Below are positions 12,016 through 23,199 of a stretch of 64,000 nucleotides of DNA, piece by piece (within the stretch, counting starts at the first letter, position 1; each line of letters begins with the position of its first letter). A program made the position numbers and the translations under genes. This DNA is from Eledone cirrhosa (taxonomy: Eukaryota). The notes under the pieces were generated by a model. It did no database searches and had not been told where the DNA came from. It saw nothing but the letters and a program-made list of their open reading frames with translations. The DNA lies in contig OZ024744.1 in NCBI GenBank assembly GCA_964016885.1, positions 81,406,001-81,470,000 on the forward strand. The letters run 5' to 3'.

Positions 12016-15000
12016 CATCATCATCATCATCACCGTTTTACGTCCGTTCTTCCACGCTAGCATGGGTTAGACGGGTTGTCCTGTTGTGGGCAGTGTCTGG
12101 TCGGCTGACCATGCCTTGCTCATACAGGAACTGATCTGGCTTGATTTCTACAGCTGGATGCCCTTCCTAACACCAACCTCATTTACAGTGAGTGCTGGGT
12201 GCTTTTTCGTGGCGCCTACACGTCCACTTTACAGTGTGGGCTGGGTGCTTTTTTGCCGTGGCACCTCCACGACCACCTTGCGGTGGGGGGGGGGGGCACA
12301 TTGTTTATATGCTTCAGCATGTACCCATGGGAGGTCGGGTACCCTGTATTACTGCGTGACGCCAGAAGTCACGGTCGTGTGTCATTGACTTTGAGAGGTG
12401 TAGTTGGGTAAGGTCGGCTTTTATCACCTCATCCCAAGTCATCTTGGGTCTCCCCACTCCGCGGTTTCCATCAACTTCTAGTGCTCTGCACCTTTTTATG
12501 CAGCTGTCATCCTTCATACGCATCACATGTCCATACCAGCGTAACCGCCTCTCCTGCACGCAGCATTTGATTCCTCTTATGCTCAGTCTCTCTCTCAATT
12601 CATTTATGCTTTGTCGTTCACGTATATTACTGTTACACATCCATCGGAGCATGCAGGCTTCGTTTCTCTCTAATCTACGTAAGTCTTCCACCTTCAGCGC
12701 CCAGGTCTCACTACCATGCAGCATCGCTGTTCGGATACACGCATCATACAGTCTGCCTTTCATTCTGAGGGAGAAGCCTTTTGCAGCTAGCAGTGGTAGT
12801 AGTTCCCTAAACTTCTTCCATCCCGTTCTTACCCTAGTTATTGTACTTTCTGAGCACCCACCTCCGTTGCTAATTCGGTCACCTAGGTAGCAGAAGCTGT
12901 CTACTGTTTCTACAGGGCCCTCCCAGAGATTGGTGGTACTTGTTTCCTGTGGCTGTTTGCTTGCTGTTTCAGCACAGCTGCTGCATGTGAATCCTACATT
13001 CTTAATTAAGCTTCCTGAGATCCCGCTACATCTCTTGTGTACCCATTGTTTGCATTTGGGGCAAAGAATGGAGTTCCTACCTACACCTTTCCTACATACT
13101 GAGCAAGGCCATTTCCCTGAGGGGATCTGGGTTCTGTTTTCTCGTCTACTTATAAGGACCTTAGTCTTTGTCATGTTGACTTTGAGGCCCTTTCTCTCTA
13201 GTCCCTGCTTCCAGGTTTGGAATTTATTCTCTAGTTCTACCATAGATTCAGCTATGAGTGCGAGGTCATCAGCATACAGGAGTTCCCATGGGCATCCGGT
13301 CTTAAACTCCTCCGTTATTGCCTGCAGGACTATGATGAACAGGAGAGGGCTAAGAACAGAGCCCTGGTGGACCCCAACCTGTACGCTAAATTCCTCGCTA
13401 TACTCATTGCCAATCCTAACTTTGCTGACTGCTCCCCTATACATGGCTTGTACCGCTTTCACAAGCCATTCATCTACTCCTAGTTTTCTAAGAGCCCACC
13501 AGATTACTGCACGTGGAACTCTGTCAAAGGCTTTCTCAAGGTCGACAAATGCCAAGTAGAGTGGCTTACTTTTAGCTAGGTACTTTTCCTGTAATTGCCT
13601 CACAAGGAAGAGCGCATCAGTGGTGCCTTTCCCTGGAACAAACCCAAATTGCATCTCGTCTATATTCACCCGGTCCCTAATCAGCTGTGCTATAACTCTT
13701 TCTGTTACTTTCATGACCTGGTCCATCAACTTTATACCTCTATAGTTTCCTCTATCTAGTGCATCGCCTTTACCTTTGTAGCAGTTGTCAATGATGCTAC
13801 TGCACCAATCTTTTGGTATGGCCCCCTCTAGTATTACCTGGTTAACGATACGTGTGGTTATAGTGTGACCTACAGACCCAGATGCCTTCAGCATCTCGGC
13901 AGCTATACCCGATGGACCGGTTGCCTTCCCTATCTTCATATCTCTGATTGCCCTACTTACTACGCTGCCGCTGACTTGTACTGCTGGTCCCTCTATAGGG
14001 TCTACGTGGGGTAGGGTCTCTTCTTCCCATGCATTCTCCTCATTTAGTAATCTATCATAATGACTCTTCCATGCATCTTTCTTCTCAGCACTTGTGAGGG
14101 CAAGCTCACCTTTATCATTCCGGATACACTTCTCTCCAATGACATCACAACTATCTCTGACACACTGCCTCGCAATCTTGAATACCTCCTGTTTCTGGTC
14201 CTCACGTTGTAAAACATGCTTGAATTTTCTATCCTCTGCTTCCCTCCTAGCTAAGTATACTTGTCGCCTAGCTTCCCTCTTGGTCTCTATGTAATGTACC
14301 CTGCTCCCCCCGTTCTTCCATTCTTTCCATGCCTGTCTCTTGGCCTTGACTGCTTCATCTACCTTATTGTTCCACCACCAAGTCACTCTCCTCCTGCTTG
14401 AGGTCTTACTCCAGCCACAAACCTCATCCGTCGCCTCTAGTAAGTTATTTTTTAGGAACTCCCAGTTCTCTTCTACGTTAAATGTCTCTATCTGTTCTTC
14501 TTTACTGTCGTAGGCGTTGAGTAAAATATCTTTAAATCTGTTACTGGTTGAGGGGACTTTCAGCTTCCAGATCTTTCTTCTCCAGGTTGGCCTCTGTTTC
14601 AGGGCTCGTCTAGTTCTGACCGTGAGGTCGCTGACAACTAAGCTATGTTGGGATGTACATTCCTCACTAGGGAAGGCTTTTGTGTTTACGACCGTCCATC
14701 TGTCACGTCCTCTGATGAGGATAAAATCTAACTGACTAGAGTGCTCCCCTGATCTATAGGTGATCAGGTGGTTGTCGGGTTTTTTAAAGTTTGTGTTACA
14801 TATCGACATGTCATTGGCGTCGCAGAATTCTAGAAGTCTGAATCCTTCCTCATTCCTTGTGCCAACTCCATGGCCTCCATGTACTCTATTGAAGCCGTCG
14901 CAGTGTTTACCTACGTGTCCGTTAAAATCTCCTGCAATGATTAGGAAGTCCTTGTCGTCTGTTAGAGCAGTAGTGTGTATTAGGGACTCGTAAAACCTAT

Positions 15001-15484
15001 CCTTAAGTTCGTCTGGCAGCCCCGATTGGGGTGCGTAAGCTGATATTATTGTGGTAATTGTCTTATTCAGGACTAGTCTGAGTTTAATGATTCTTGCATT
15101 TACCCTGTACACTGAGATTACTTTATCTACCCACTTGTCAGCTAATAGTATACCTACACCACCCATCCCATCGTCATTTCCCACCCAGAAAAATTTGTAG
15201 CACTGGCTTTTTCCTACAAGGACTCTAGCAGACCCTCCTCTCCATCTAGTCTCTTGCACACAGCATACATCAACTTCCTTTCGCTCTAGCATTTCTACGA
15301 TTTCTCCTGCTCTTCCTTTCATTGAGCCTACATTGATGGTACCAACTCGGAGTTTTGGGCATTTGTCGACACTCGTAGGGGAGGGTCTCTGGGTTGGCGC
15401 TTCACGTGGGTGCTTGGTAGCTCGCAGATTCATATTTCATCTATTGATTCAGAGTTGCTCGTGTATTCCCAGCTCATCCATCCC
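12016..15484 (-). mobile_element. Near full-length RTE LINE inserted into a SINE
   Basis: TSD TAACTAT at 12009-12015 and 15485-15491; (ATG)n tail; the flanks rejoin into the SINE seen intact near 15690. Confidence 0.95.
12314..15433 (-). CDS. RTE ORF: APE endonuclease + reverse transcriptase with PHD-like insert (1039 aa)
   Basis: Uninterrupted ORF; VQETRW, AGDFNGH, LDFIL, SQH (APE); QFGF, FVDLEKAFD, QGSVLSP, YADD (RT). Confidence 0.95.
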   Translation of the reverse strand: MNLRATKHPREAPTQRPSPTSVDKCPKLRVGTINVGSMKGRAGEIVEMLERKEVDVCCVQETRWRGGSARVLVGKSQCYKFFWVGNDDGMGGVGILLADKWVDKVISVYRVNARIIKLRLVLNKTITTIISAYAPQSGLPDELKDRFYESLIHTTALTDDKDFLIIAGDFNGHVGKHCDGFNRVHGGHGVGTRNEEGFRLLEFCDANDMSICNTNFKKPDNHLITYRSGEHSSQLDFILIRGRDRWTVVNTKAFPSEECTSQHSLVVSDLTVRTRRALKQRPTWRRKIWKLKVPSTSNRFKDILLNAYDSKEEQIETFNVEENWEFLKNNLLEATDEVCGWSKTSSRRRVTWWWNNKVDEAVKAKRQAWKEWKNGGSRVHYIETKREARRQVYLARREAEDRKFKHVLQREDQKQEVFKIARQCVRDSCDVIGEKCIRNDKGELALTSAEKKDAWKSHYDRLLNEENAWEEETLPHVDPIEGPAVQVSGSVVSRAIRDMKIGKATGPSGIAAEMLKASGSVGHTITTRIVNQVILEGAIPKDWCSSIIDNCYKGKGDALDRGNYRGIKLMDQVMKVTERVIAQLIRDRVNIDEMQFGFVPGKGTTDALFLVRQLQEKYLAKSKPLYLAFVDLEKAFDRVPRAVIWWALRKLGVDEWLVKAVQAMYRGAVSKVRIGNEYSEEFSVQVGVHQGSVLSPLLFIIVLQAITEEFKTGCPWELLYADDLALIAESMVELENKFQTWKQGLERKGLKVNMTKTKVLISRRENRTQIPSGKWPCSVCRKGVGRNSILCPKCKQWVHKRCSGISGSLIKNVGFTCSSCAETASKQPQETSTTNLWEGPVETVDSFCYLGDRISNGGGCSESTITRVRTGWKKFRELLPLLAAKGFSLRMKGRLYDACIRTAMLHGSETWALKVEDLRRLERNEACMLRWMCNSNIRERQSINELRERLSIRGIKCCVQERRLRWYGHVMRMKDDSCIKRCRALEVDGNRGVGRPKMTWDEVIKADLTQLHLSKSMTHDRDFWRHAVIQGTRPPMGTC

Positions 15485-15549
15485 TAACTATGTTGGAAAG
15501 AATGTCTGACCCTCTATCGATACTGCCAATTCACTATAAGCAATATAAA

Positions 15550-15862
15550 TAATTGTTTCTTATATAGGCACAAGGCCAGCAATTTTGGCGGAGGGGAAAG
15601 TTGATTAAATCGACCCCAGTGCGTGACTGGTACTTTATTTTATCGACCCCGTAAGGATGAAAGGCAAAGTGTACCTCGGTGGGATTTGAACTCAGATCGT
15701 AAAGGGACGTAACTATGTTGGAAAGCATGTCTGACCCTCTATCGATACTGCCAATTCACTATAAGCAATATATATAATTGTTTCTACTTTAGGCACAAGG
15801 CCAGCAATTACCCAGTGCATTACTGGTACTTTATTTTATCGACCCCGTAAGGATGAAAGGCA
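15550..15862 (-). mobile_element. Tandem MetaSINE-like SINEs
   Basis: One full copy plus a 5'-truncated copy, each adjoining the same CACTATAAGCAATATA spacer. Confidence 0.85.
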
Positions 15863-16037
15863 ATATATATAATGAAGAGTAGAATGGCTGCCAGGAGTTG
15901 TGAGAAATATATTAACGGCAGTGTGAAAGAAAATGGGAGAAAGTTGTAAATTAGTTGCGAATGAAGACTGCATTCAAGTTGATTGAGAATTAAATACTTC
16001 CATCCTTCTGTACAAATGTAAAGGCAATCCTCTAGAC

Positions 16038-16235
16038 CAACATTTCTCAGCCATTTTACTCTTGCGGAACCCATGAAATAGTTTTCATGTCACAAGGAAC
16101 TCCTGCATAAAAATTATTATACACCATTATTAATATCTACATGCATTAGCTTATTTATCACTGTTTCCCACGGAATCCTCTAGTGACTGCTTGCAAAACC
16201 CTAGGGTTCCAGGGATCACCAGTTGAGAAATGCTG
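16038..16235. mobile_element. hAT (Charlie-like) MITE
   Basis: TIRs CAACATTTCTCA / TGAGAAATGCTG; 8-bp TSD CTCTAGAC on both sides. Confidence 0.85.
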
Positions 16236-16299
16236 CTCTAGACTTTGGGGTCTGAATAAAGCAATTAGCTTATTAAAGCATGGAATGAAGATATTGAAA

Positions 16300-19200
16300 A
16301 AGTATAAGAAAACAGGTTAAAGAAAAATGTGAAGACAGATAAAATACAGTTTGGATCTATCCTGGGAAGAGGAACAATGGATGCAATTTTAATTTTACAA
16401 CAGTAAAGGAACAGGAGGAAGAAGTTGTTTGGGGGGTTTATTGATGTGGAAAAAGCTTTCAGTAGGGTTTCACATAAAGTAGTAAACATGGGCATTGAGA
16501 AAGTTAGGAGTGGAAGAATGGTTGGTTATAGTAGTGATGCCAATATATGGGACAGCATGTATTGTCATAGTGATGCCAATATATGAGACAGCATATACTG
16601 TCATAAGGACAGGAACAGTGATAAATATGGAGTGCATCAGGTATCAGTATTAAGCTCACTACTATTTGCAGTTGTGATGAAGGTACTGGCTTGAAGCAAA
16701 AAAAAAAAGAGATTGCTGTAAGCAGATGGTCTGATGTTAATAGAAGAAAGTATGTCTGGATTGAAGAAGATGAATAGGAAGAAGGAATATATGGAGGCAA
16801 AAAATATAATATAAGAAAGACAAAGATGATAGTAAATAATAAAGCATGTGATGATGTAGATAGAACAGAGAAGTGCTTGTGTGTAAGAAGTGTGTTAAGG
16901 TCAACTCAGTTTAATTTATATGCAGTATATTGAAAATGTGCAAGAGTATTATTAAATAATGTGGTAACTACATTTAAGTATAAATTGCAGGGGAGCAAGG
17001 GAGTTGCAGATGGAGAGAATGTTGAGCTAGATCTTGAGAATGGTGTGAAGGGATTATTAAATAATGTAGCAGCTACATTTAAGTGTAAAGTATGTGGAGG
17101 TGATGTTGAGCTGGATCTTGAGAATGGTGTGAAGATGGAAGGTGTAAATACATTATGTTAACTTGGAGACATGTTGAATGGAAAGGGTAGATAAGTCTGT
17201 GTGACATCTAGAGTGAAAGCTACATAGAAGAGATCCCAGGAATTGAGTGGTGTGTTAATGAGGAGGGAAATGTCATCGAAACTGAAGAGAAAGGTGTATA
17301 CTGGATGTGTGAGATGTACCCTGATTTATGGGAGTGAGACATGGGTGATGAACATGGAGCAGCAGAGAAGGCCTGAAGGGAAAGGTGTATACTGGATGTG
17401 TGAGATGTACCCTGATTTATGGGAGTGAGACATGGGTGATGAACATGGAGCAGCAGAGAAGGCTTGAAGGGAAAGGTGTATACTGGATGTATAAGAAGTG
17501 TGGGGTTGCCGCGAGATAGAGCTGTCGTGGGAGGGGGATTGCCGGAAGTTGGGGGACGCCTGACCGGAAGCAGGAGGACGGGCGACTCGAGGGACCAGGC
17601 GGTCAGCAGGGGCCTCTTAGCTATAAGCCCTGGAAGGTGACGGACGTGTGAATACAGACGCAAGCGGATAGTACCCCCACGTGGACCAGAGAGATGCAAG
17701 GTAAGTCCGAATGCCTCCGTGTTCACCGAGGGGCCGTATGCTGCTTTTGCCAAGCTAGGCAGAGCGAGATGGCAGGGAGAGCACGTGGACGTGTTTGCGA
17801 CAGAGTTACGGCGGTTGGCTACGTTAGCTGAATTCGCGGTAGAACGCGAATGCACCGTGCGGTTCGCTTTTATGAATGGGTTCCCCGATAAAATCTCAAC
17901 AGCTCAAACAGCTGCCCGGCAACAGGGAGATCAGCATGAGCGAGCTCATCGCACAGGCCCACGTAATAACACAGGACACGACGTGGAGTATTGCAGCGCT
18001 GGCATCAACGGAAGCCCATGGCAGTCGACAGCGACCGACATATGACGAAAGGAGACCAACCGCTGTGAATAGTCGTCCGCGTGCGTTCGGAGGCCGGTGC
18101 TTCAGGTGCCAGGGCCTGCACATGGCAAGGGACTGCAGAGAGCCGAAGCCAACTATAGTCTGCTATCGCTGCAAGCGACCCAGCCACATTGCAAATAATT
18201 GCGACCAGGGAAATGGTCTAAGTGGGATTACTGTGTCAGTAGCCACCCCTGGAGGCGAGTAGAAGTGCCTTTGCAGTCGCTGCCCGTGGTGGAAGTTTTG
18301 GTGGAAGGGAAGCCATCGCGAGCACTCGTGGACACGGGTTGCACGACAACACTAGTGATCATGGAGGTGGTTAAAAAGTGGAGCGGGATGAGCAGTATAA
18401 AGGCAGTCGACGGCAGGGAGATTAGATGCAGAGGTACCAGCGAGATGTCGATGGTGGTACGGGGAAGAAAAATTAGGCTCCGGGCGATCGTGATTGATCA
18501 AGTGGTGGACGGAATCGATGTAGTAATGGGCATGGACACGATTGGCTGCCTTGGAGGTGTTACAGTGAGTGAAGTTGGGGTGACGTTTGGTAGTGAGAGG
18601 ACATCATGTGCTGTGAGCGTGCTGGGAGAATCCATGAAGAAAATACCATACAGGACAAGGATTTCAGATCAGTGTTCGATGGGCAGTGGTGGGTAGTTGA
18701 GTGGTACTGGGAGGGAAAGCCACCAACGCTGAAGAACAGAGTGGGCTGCTATCAGCATACTCTGAAAGGAAATGCCAGAAGCGAGTTTGAGGGAGAGGTA
18801 CAGACATGGATCGAGGAGGGTATACTGCTTCCTTGGAAGGAGGAGGTGAAGTGTGGAGTGTTGCTGCTGATGGCAGTGGTGCAGCCCACAAAGAACAAGG
18901 TTAGGCCGGTGTCGGACTTTCGTGAGCTGAACGAACACGTGTCATGCCACACAGGTGGTGAGGTCACGGATGTTTGCGGGAAAACTTTGCGATACGAATG
19001 ACGGGGGCCTCCACGATTGTTGACTTAAAGTCGGCATATCTGCAGTTACACGTGGATGAGAAGCTGTGGAAATATCAGCTGGTCAGGTATAAGGGCCAGA
19101 CATACAGCCTGACCAGGCTTGGCTTCAGGTTGAACTCTGTGCCAAAAATCATAGCAACGGTCCTCAAGGCCTCTGGGGAAAGTGGACAAGGTGATGAGGG

Positions 19201-21510
19201 CCACCAACTCCTACATCGACGACATCTTGGTGGATGAGACGGTGGTGTCAGCAACAGAAGTCTCAGATCATTTGGGAAGGTTCGGGCTGACCGCAAAACC
19301 GCCGGAGGCGATGGAAGGAGGAGCCGCACTAGGACTCAACCTTCAAAGGGATAAGACTGGCACACTCGTGTTTCGGAGGGGTAATGAAGTCCCAGAACTG
19401 AGCCTCGACATGAATAGACAGGAACTCTTCTCAATGTGTGGTAAATTGGTGGGCTATTATCCGATCACAGGGTGGCTCCGGACGGCATGCAGTTATGTCA
19501 AGAGACGAGCAGATGGGGTGACAGTGTTGGAGAGAAAACAGTGGCCATGATGCAGGAAATCGTGGAGAGGGTAAAGGCGGATGACCCAGTGAAAGGACGC
19601 TGGTACGTCCCCAAATTGGAGAGTGGGACCGTATGGTGTGATGCCAGCAGCATAGCACTAGGGGTCACTCTGGAGATAGGGGGCGTCGAGGTCGAGGACG
19701 CAGCCTGGCTCAGGAAGAAGGAGGACTACAACCATATCAACGTGGCCGAACTGGACGCTGTGCTGAGAGGGTGAATCTCGCCCTGAGATGGGGGCTGCAC
19801 ACCATAGAAATCCACACTGACTCGGCCACTGTACTTGGATGGGTGAAATCAGTGCTTACCAGTGAGAGGAGGGTGCAAACAAAAGGGGCAGCAGAAATGT
19901 TGATAAAGCGCCGCCTGGGAACTCTGGGAGAGCTGTCCACTGAGTTCAGCCTGGAATTGAGGGTGGTTTTTGTGCCCTCAGAGAAAAACAGGGCAGACGT
20001 ATTAACGCCAGGGGATGCAGAGAAGGAGATAGCGGCAGTGTGGCGGCTGAGTTATTCGGAGTTGAGGGGACTGCACGCCATGCACCACATGGGGGTGGAT
20101 AGGACCCTGTTCCTAGCCAGAAGAATCGATTCTGATGTTAGCAGACAGAGCTTCCAGAGAGTGGTTGGAGGTTGCGACAGATGCCAGTTTATCGACCCTA
20201 CCCGGGGTGTGCACTAGACAGGAAGCATCCCGGGGGAGCACAACTGGAAGCGATTAGCGGTGGACGTGACACACTACCGACAAGGAACGTATCTTTCGAT
20301 AGTCGATTGTGGGCCGGGGCAGATAGCGATATGGAGGGAAATGAAGACAGGGACTGTGGAGAAAATCGTGCGGATGCTGAGAGAGATATTCTTGGAGCGG
20401 GGCGCTGTGGATGAACTGCTGATGGACAACAGCATGGTGTTTCGCTCGGAGGTGCTGAGGGAAATGCTTGACAAGAGGAAGGTGAACTGCTTCTTCAGAG
20501 TGGCATACAGGCCGAGCAGAAATGGGATCGTGGAGACACATCATCGCACGATCAAGGCGATGGCGGAAAGGGGCCATATTTTGCCAACGGAGGCAGTGTT
20601 CTGGTACAACATGTCTCTGCGGGTGGAACAGGCCGAGGAGTCAGTGCCGCACAAGGCAATGTGCAGATATGAATGGTGACACCCATGCATGGTTCCACAG
20701 CAGCCGGTGGAGAGAGAGAGAGCACATTTGTACGAGTGGGCGAAGAGGTATGGGTCAAGCCCCCGAACGCCCGTTGCACATCTCAATGGGGAAATGGAAT
20801 GGTAACCGCCATAAATTCTCAAAACAACGTGTCTGTGGACGGAATGCCACGTCACGTCTTGGACTTCCGTAGAGTCATTGTGGTGACGGACTCCGAGAAA
20901 GAGGAAAATGAAAGTGCCGCCCCCAACAGTGCGGAGATCGCAATGGAACCGCCACCAACCTAGGTGGATGGCGGATTTTGAGATGGAGCAGTGTGATGAG
21001 GAGGGATTGATCCTTGAGATCAGGGGGGTTCTGCGAGATAGAGGGGTGTGTAGAGCTGCCGTGGGAGGGGGACTGCCAGAAGTTGGGGGACGCCTGACCT
21101 GAAGCAGGAGGACGGGGGCGACTCGGGGCACCAGGCATTCAACAGGGGCCTCTTAGCTATACACCCTGGAAGGTGACGGACGTGAGAAAACTGATGCAAG
21201 TGGAAAGTACCCCCACGTGGACCAGAGAGATGTAAGGTAAGTCTGAATGCCTCCGGCTACAAGAAGTACCATGATTTATAGGAGTGAGACATGGGTGATG
21301 AACATGGAGCAACAGAGAAGGCTGGAAAAAACAGAAATGAGAATGGTCTGATGGATGAATGGCGTTTCACTGAGAGAGGGGAAGACAAACAAAGAATTGC
21401 AGAAAATGGTGGAAATAGAACAAGTGGTAAATGTTATGAAGAGAAATGGAATGAGATGGTTGGGTCATGTGTCGAGGAAGATGAAAGTGACTGAGTGAGA
21501 AGAGTGATAG
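16300..21510 (+). pseudogene. Old RTE LINE (16300-17498 and 21262-21510) split by a Gypsy insertion
   Basis: QFG, DVEKAF, YGSETW; reading GCIRSTMIYRSETW is restored when the Gypsy and one AGAAG copy are removed. Confidence 0.8.
17499..21261 (+). mobile_element. Decayed Gypsy/Ty3 LTR retrotransposon
   Basis: TG...CA ends, 5-bp TSD AGAAG, LTRs at ~17499-17718 and ~21023-21261; order gag(2x CCHC)-PR(VDTG)-RT(YIDD)-RNaseH(CDAS)-IN(HHCC, DDE); many frameshifts. Confidence 0.95.
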
Positions 21511-21527
21511 AAATGAATGTGGCCCAC

Positions 21528-22045
21528 ATCATCGTTTAACGTCCATCTTCCACGCTTGCATCGGTTTGGACGGGAGTTTTCCCACTTGAGGCAAGATTGG
21601 TTGTCTTGCTCGCATAGGACTGTCTGGCGGGTTTTCTACGGCTGGATGCCCTTCCCAACACCAACCACGTTTACAGTGTGGACTGGGAGGTTTTTACCGT
21701 GTTACCTACACGGCCACATTACAGCGTGGGCTGTGTGTTTTTTTTTTGTGACACCTACACGACCTCATTTATTTCGGACTGGATGTTGTGGTACCAACAT
21801 AGCTTTACATCGAAAGAGGTGGTGTGGATGGGGTTGGGGTTTGTTAGAGGTGCCTACTGACTGTAGGTTTCGCTTTGTACTTAGGCAAGGTGGGTCTTCT
21901 GTATTACTGCGTAGCGCCAAAGATCTCGGTCCAGAGACATTGTCTTGGAGAGATGTAAGTGTGTGAGGTCGGAATTTATCAAGTCGTCCCAGGTTTTTCT
22001 GGGTCTGCCTACTCCGTGGCTACCATCTATTTTTATCGCCCTGCA
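21528..22045 (-). mobile_element. RTE LINE 3' end
   Basis: GRPRKTWDD and a 3' UTR matching 23220-23750. Confidence 0.85.
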
Positions 22046-22242
22046 TATATGTGAGTGTGTGTGTGTATGTGTATTTATATATCTAATAGTATATGTTTAT
22101 GTTTAAGTATGTATGCTGTATGCTTGTATGTATGAAAGATATATGTAAATATATATACAAATGTCAGGAATCAAAACATCAAATATATTTGATTTTTGTG
22201 CTTCTCAATAAACAAGCTCAATAGACTTTGTCTAGATAATAA

Positions 22243-22568
22243 TTCAAAAGTAAAAGATATATCAACATCATCATCATCTTCGTTTAACGTCCATCTTCCA
22301 CGCTAGCATGGGAGAGAAAGGACCATATATCCAAGAGAATACACAAATATATTATATATACAAAGCACATATTTCAACAAAAAAAAATGTACTCTAAATG
22401 GAATCAATAGAATTCCCTATAGTGCTATAGGGAATTCTATTGATTCTATCTAGAGTACATATTTTTCTTGGAAATATGTGCTTTGTATATATAATATATT
22501 GTTTATTTTCTTGGATATATGATTGTTTATCTCTCTCTATGTATACATATTTCTTTTACTTTTGAATC
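22243..22568. repeat. Long near-spacerless palindrome
   Basis: Centre CCCTATAG-tg-CTATAGGG at ~22423; arms ~140 bp; left arm carries a ~50-bp RTE-tail insertion. Confidence 0.85.
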
Positions 22569-22599
22569 ATATACACATTTATATATTTATATATACTAA

Positions 22600-22795
22600 A
22601 ACACCAAAACCCAGAGAGGACTCAATAAGGCTTGTATATATATATATATAGTAGACATAAACCCGCAGATCAAGCATTTATTACTAATACATTAAAAGTT
22701 TAAGCAAACAATTTCTGCTTTCTCCCTTATGCGAGATCTTTTGAAATAGAAGGTCCTGCAAAAGGGTGAAAGCAGAAATTGTTTGCTTAAACATT
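22600..22795. mobile_element. Inverted pair of PLE pLTR fragments
   Basis: TTTAAGCAAACAATTTCTGCTTTC..CCCTT / AAGGGTGAAAGCAGAAATTGTTTGCTTAAA inverted arms. Confidence 0.65.
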
Positions 22796-22919
22796 TAACC
22801 TGTGCTTATGTATGTACGTCTTCCCCCAACCACCTGAAAACATATAGATACCACCATATTACAATGAGAGTTGGCTTTCTTGATATCTTTCAAATGAAAG
22901 TTCAAGTCCTGTAGAAGCC

Positions 22920-22982
<63 letters not shown>

Positions 22983-23199
22983 TATCTTCCTGTCTGATGT
23001 CTGGTTGTTTCTGGTTACATGGTGCAATGATAAAAGAACAGAGGTAGACTTCCTTTTAGATTGTCTATTCATATCAACTCATGTTAGAGTCGAAAGGTTT
23101 ATGGTGGGAATTGTGATATATACTGTTATATATATACTAACACCCCACACACACATATATAAACACAAGCACACAGACACACACACACATGTATATATA

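Noticed and set aside
12444-14993. Plus-strand ORFs opposite the RTE
   Set aside because: Antisense shadows of the RTE ORF with no recognisable motifs.
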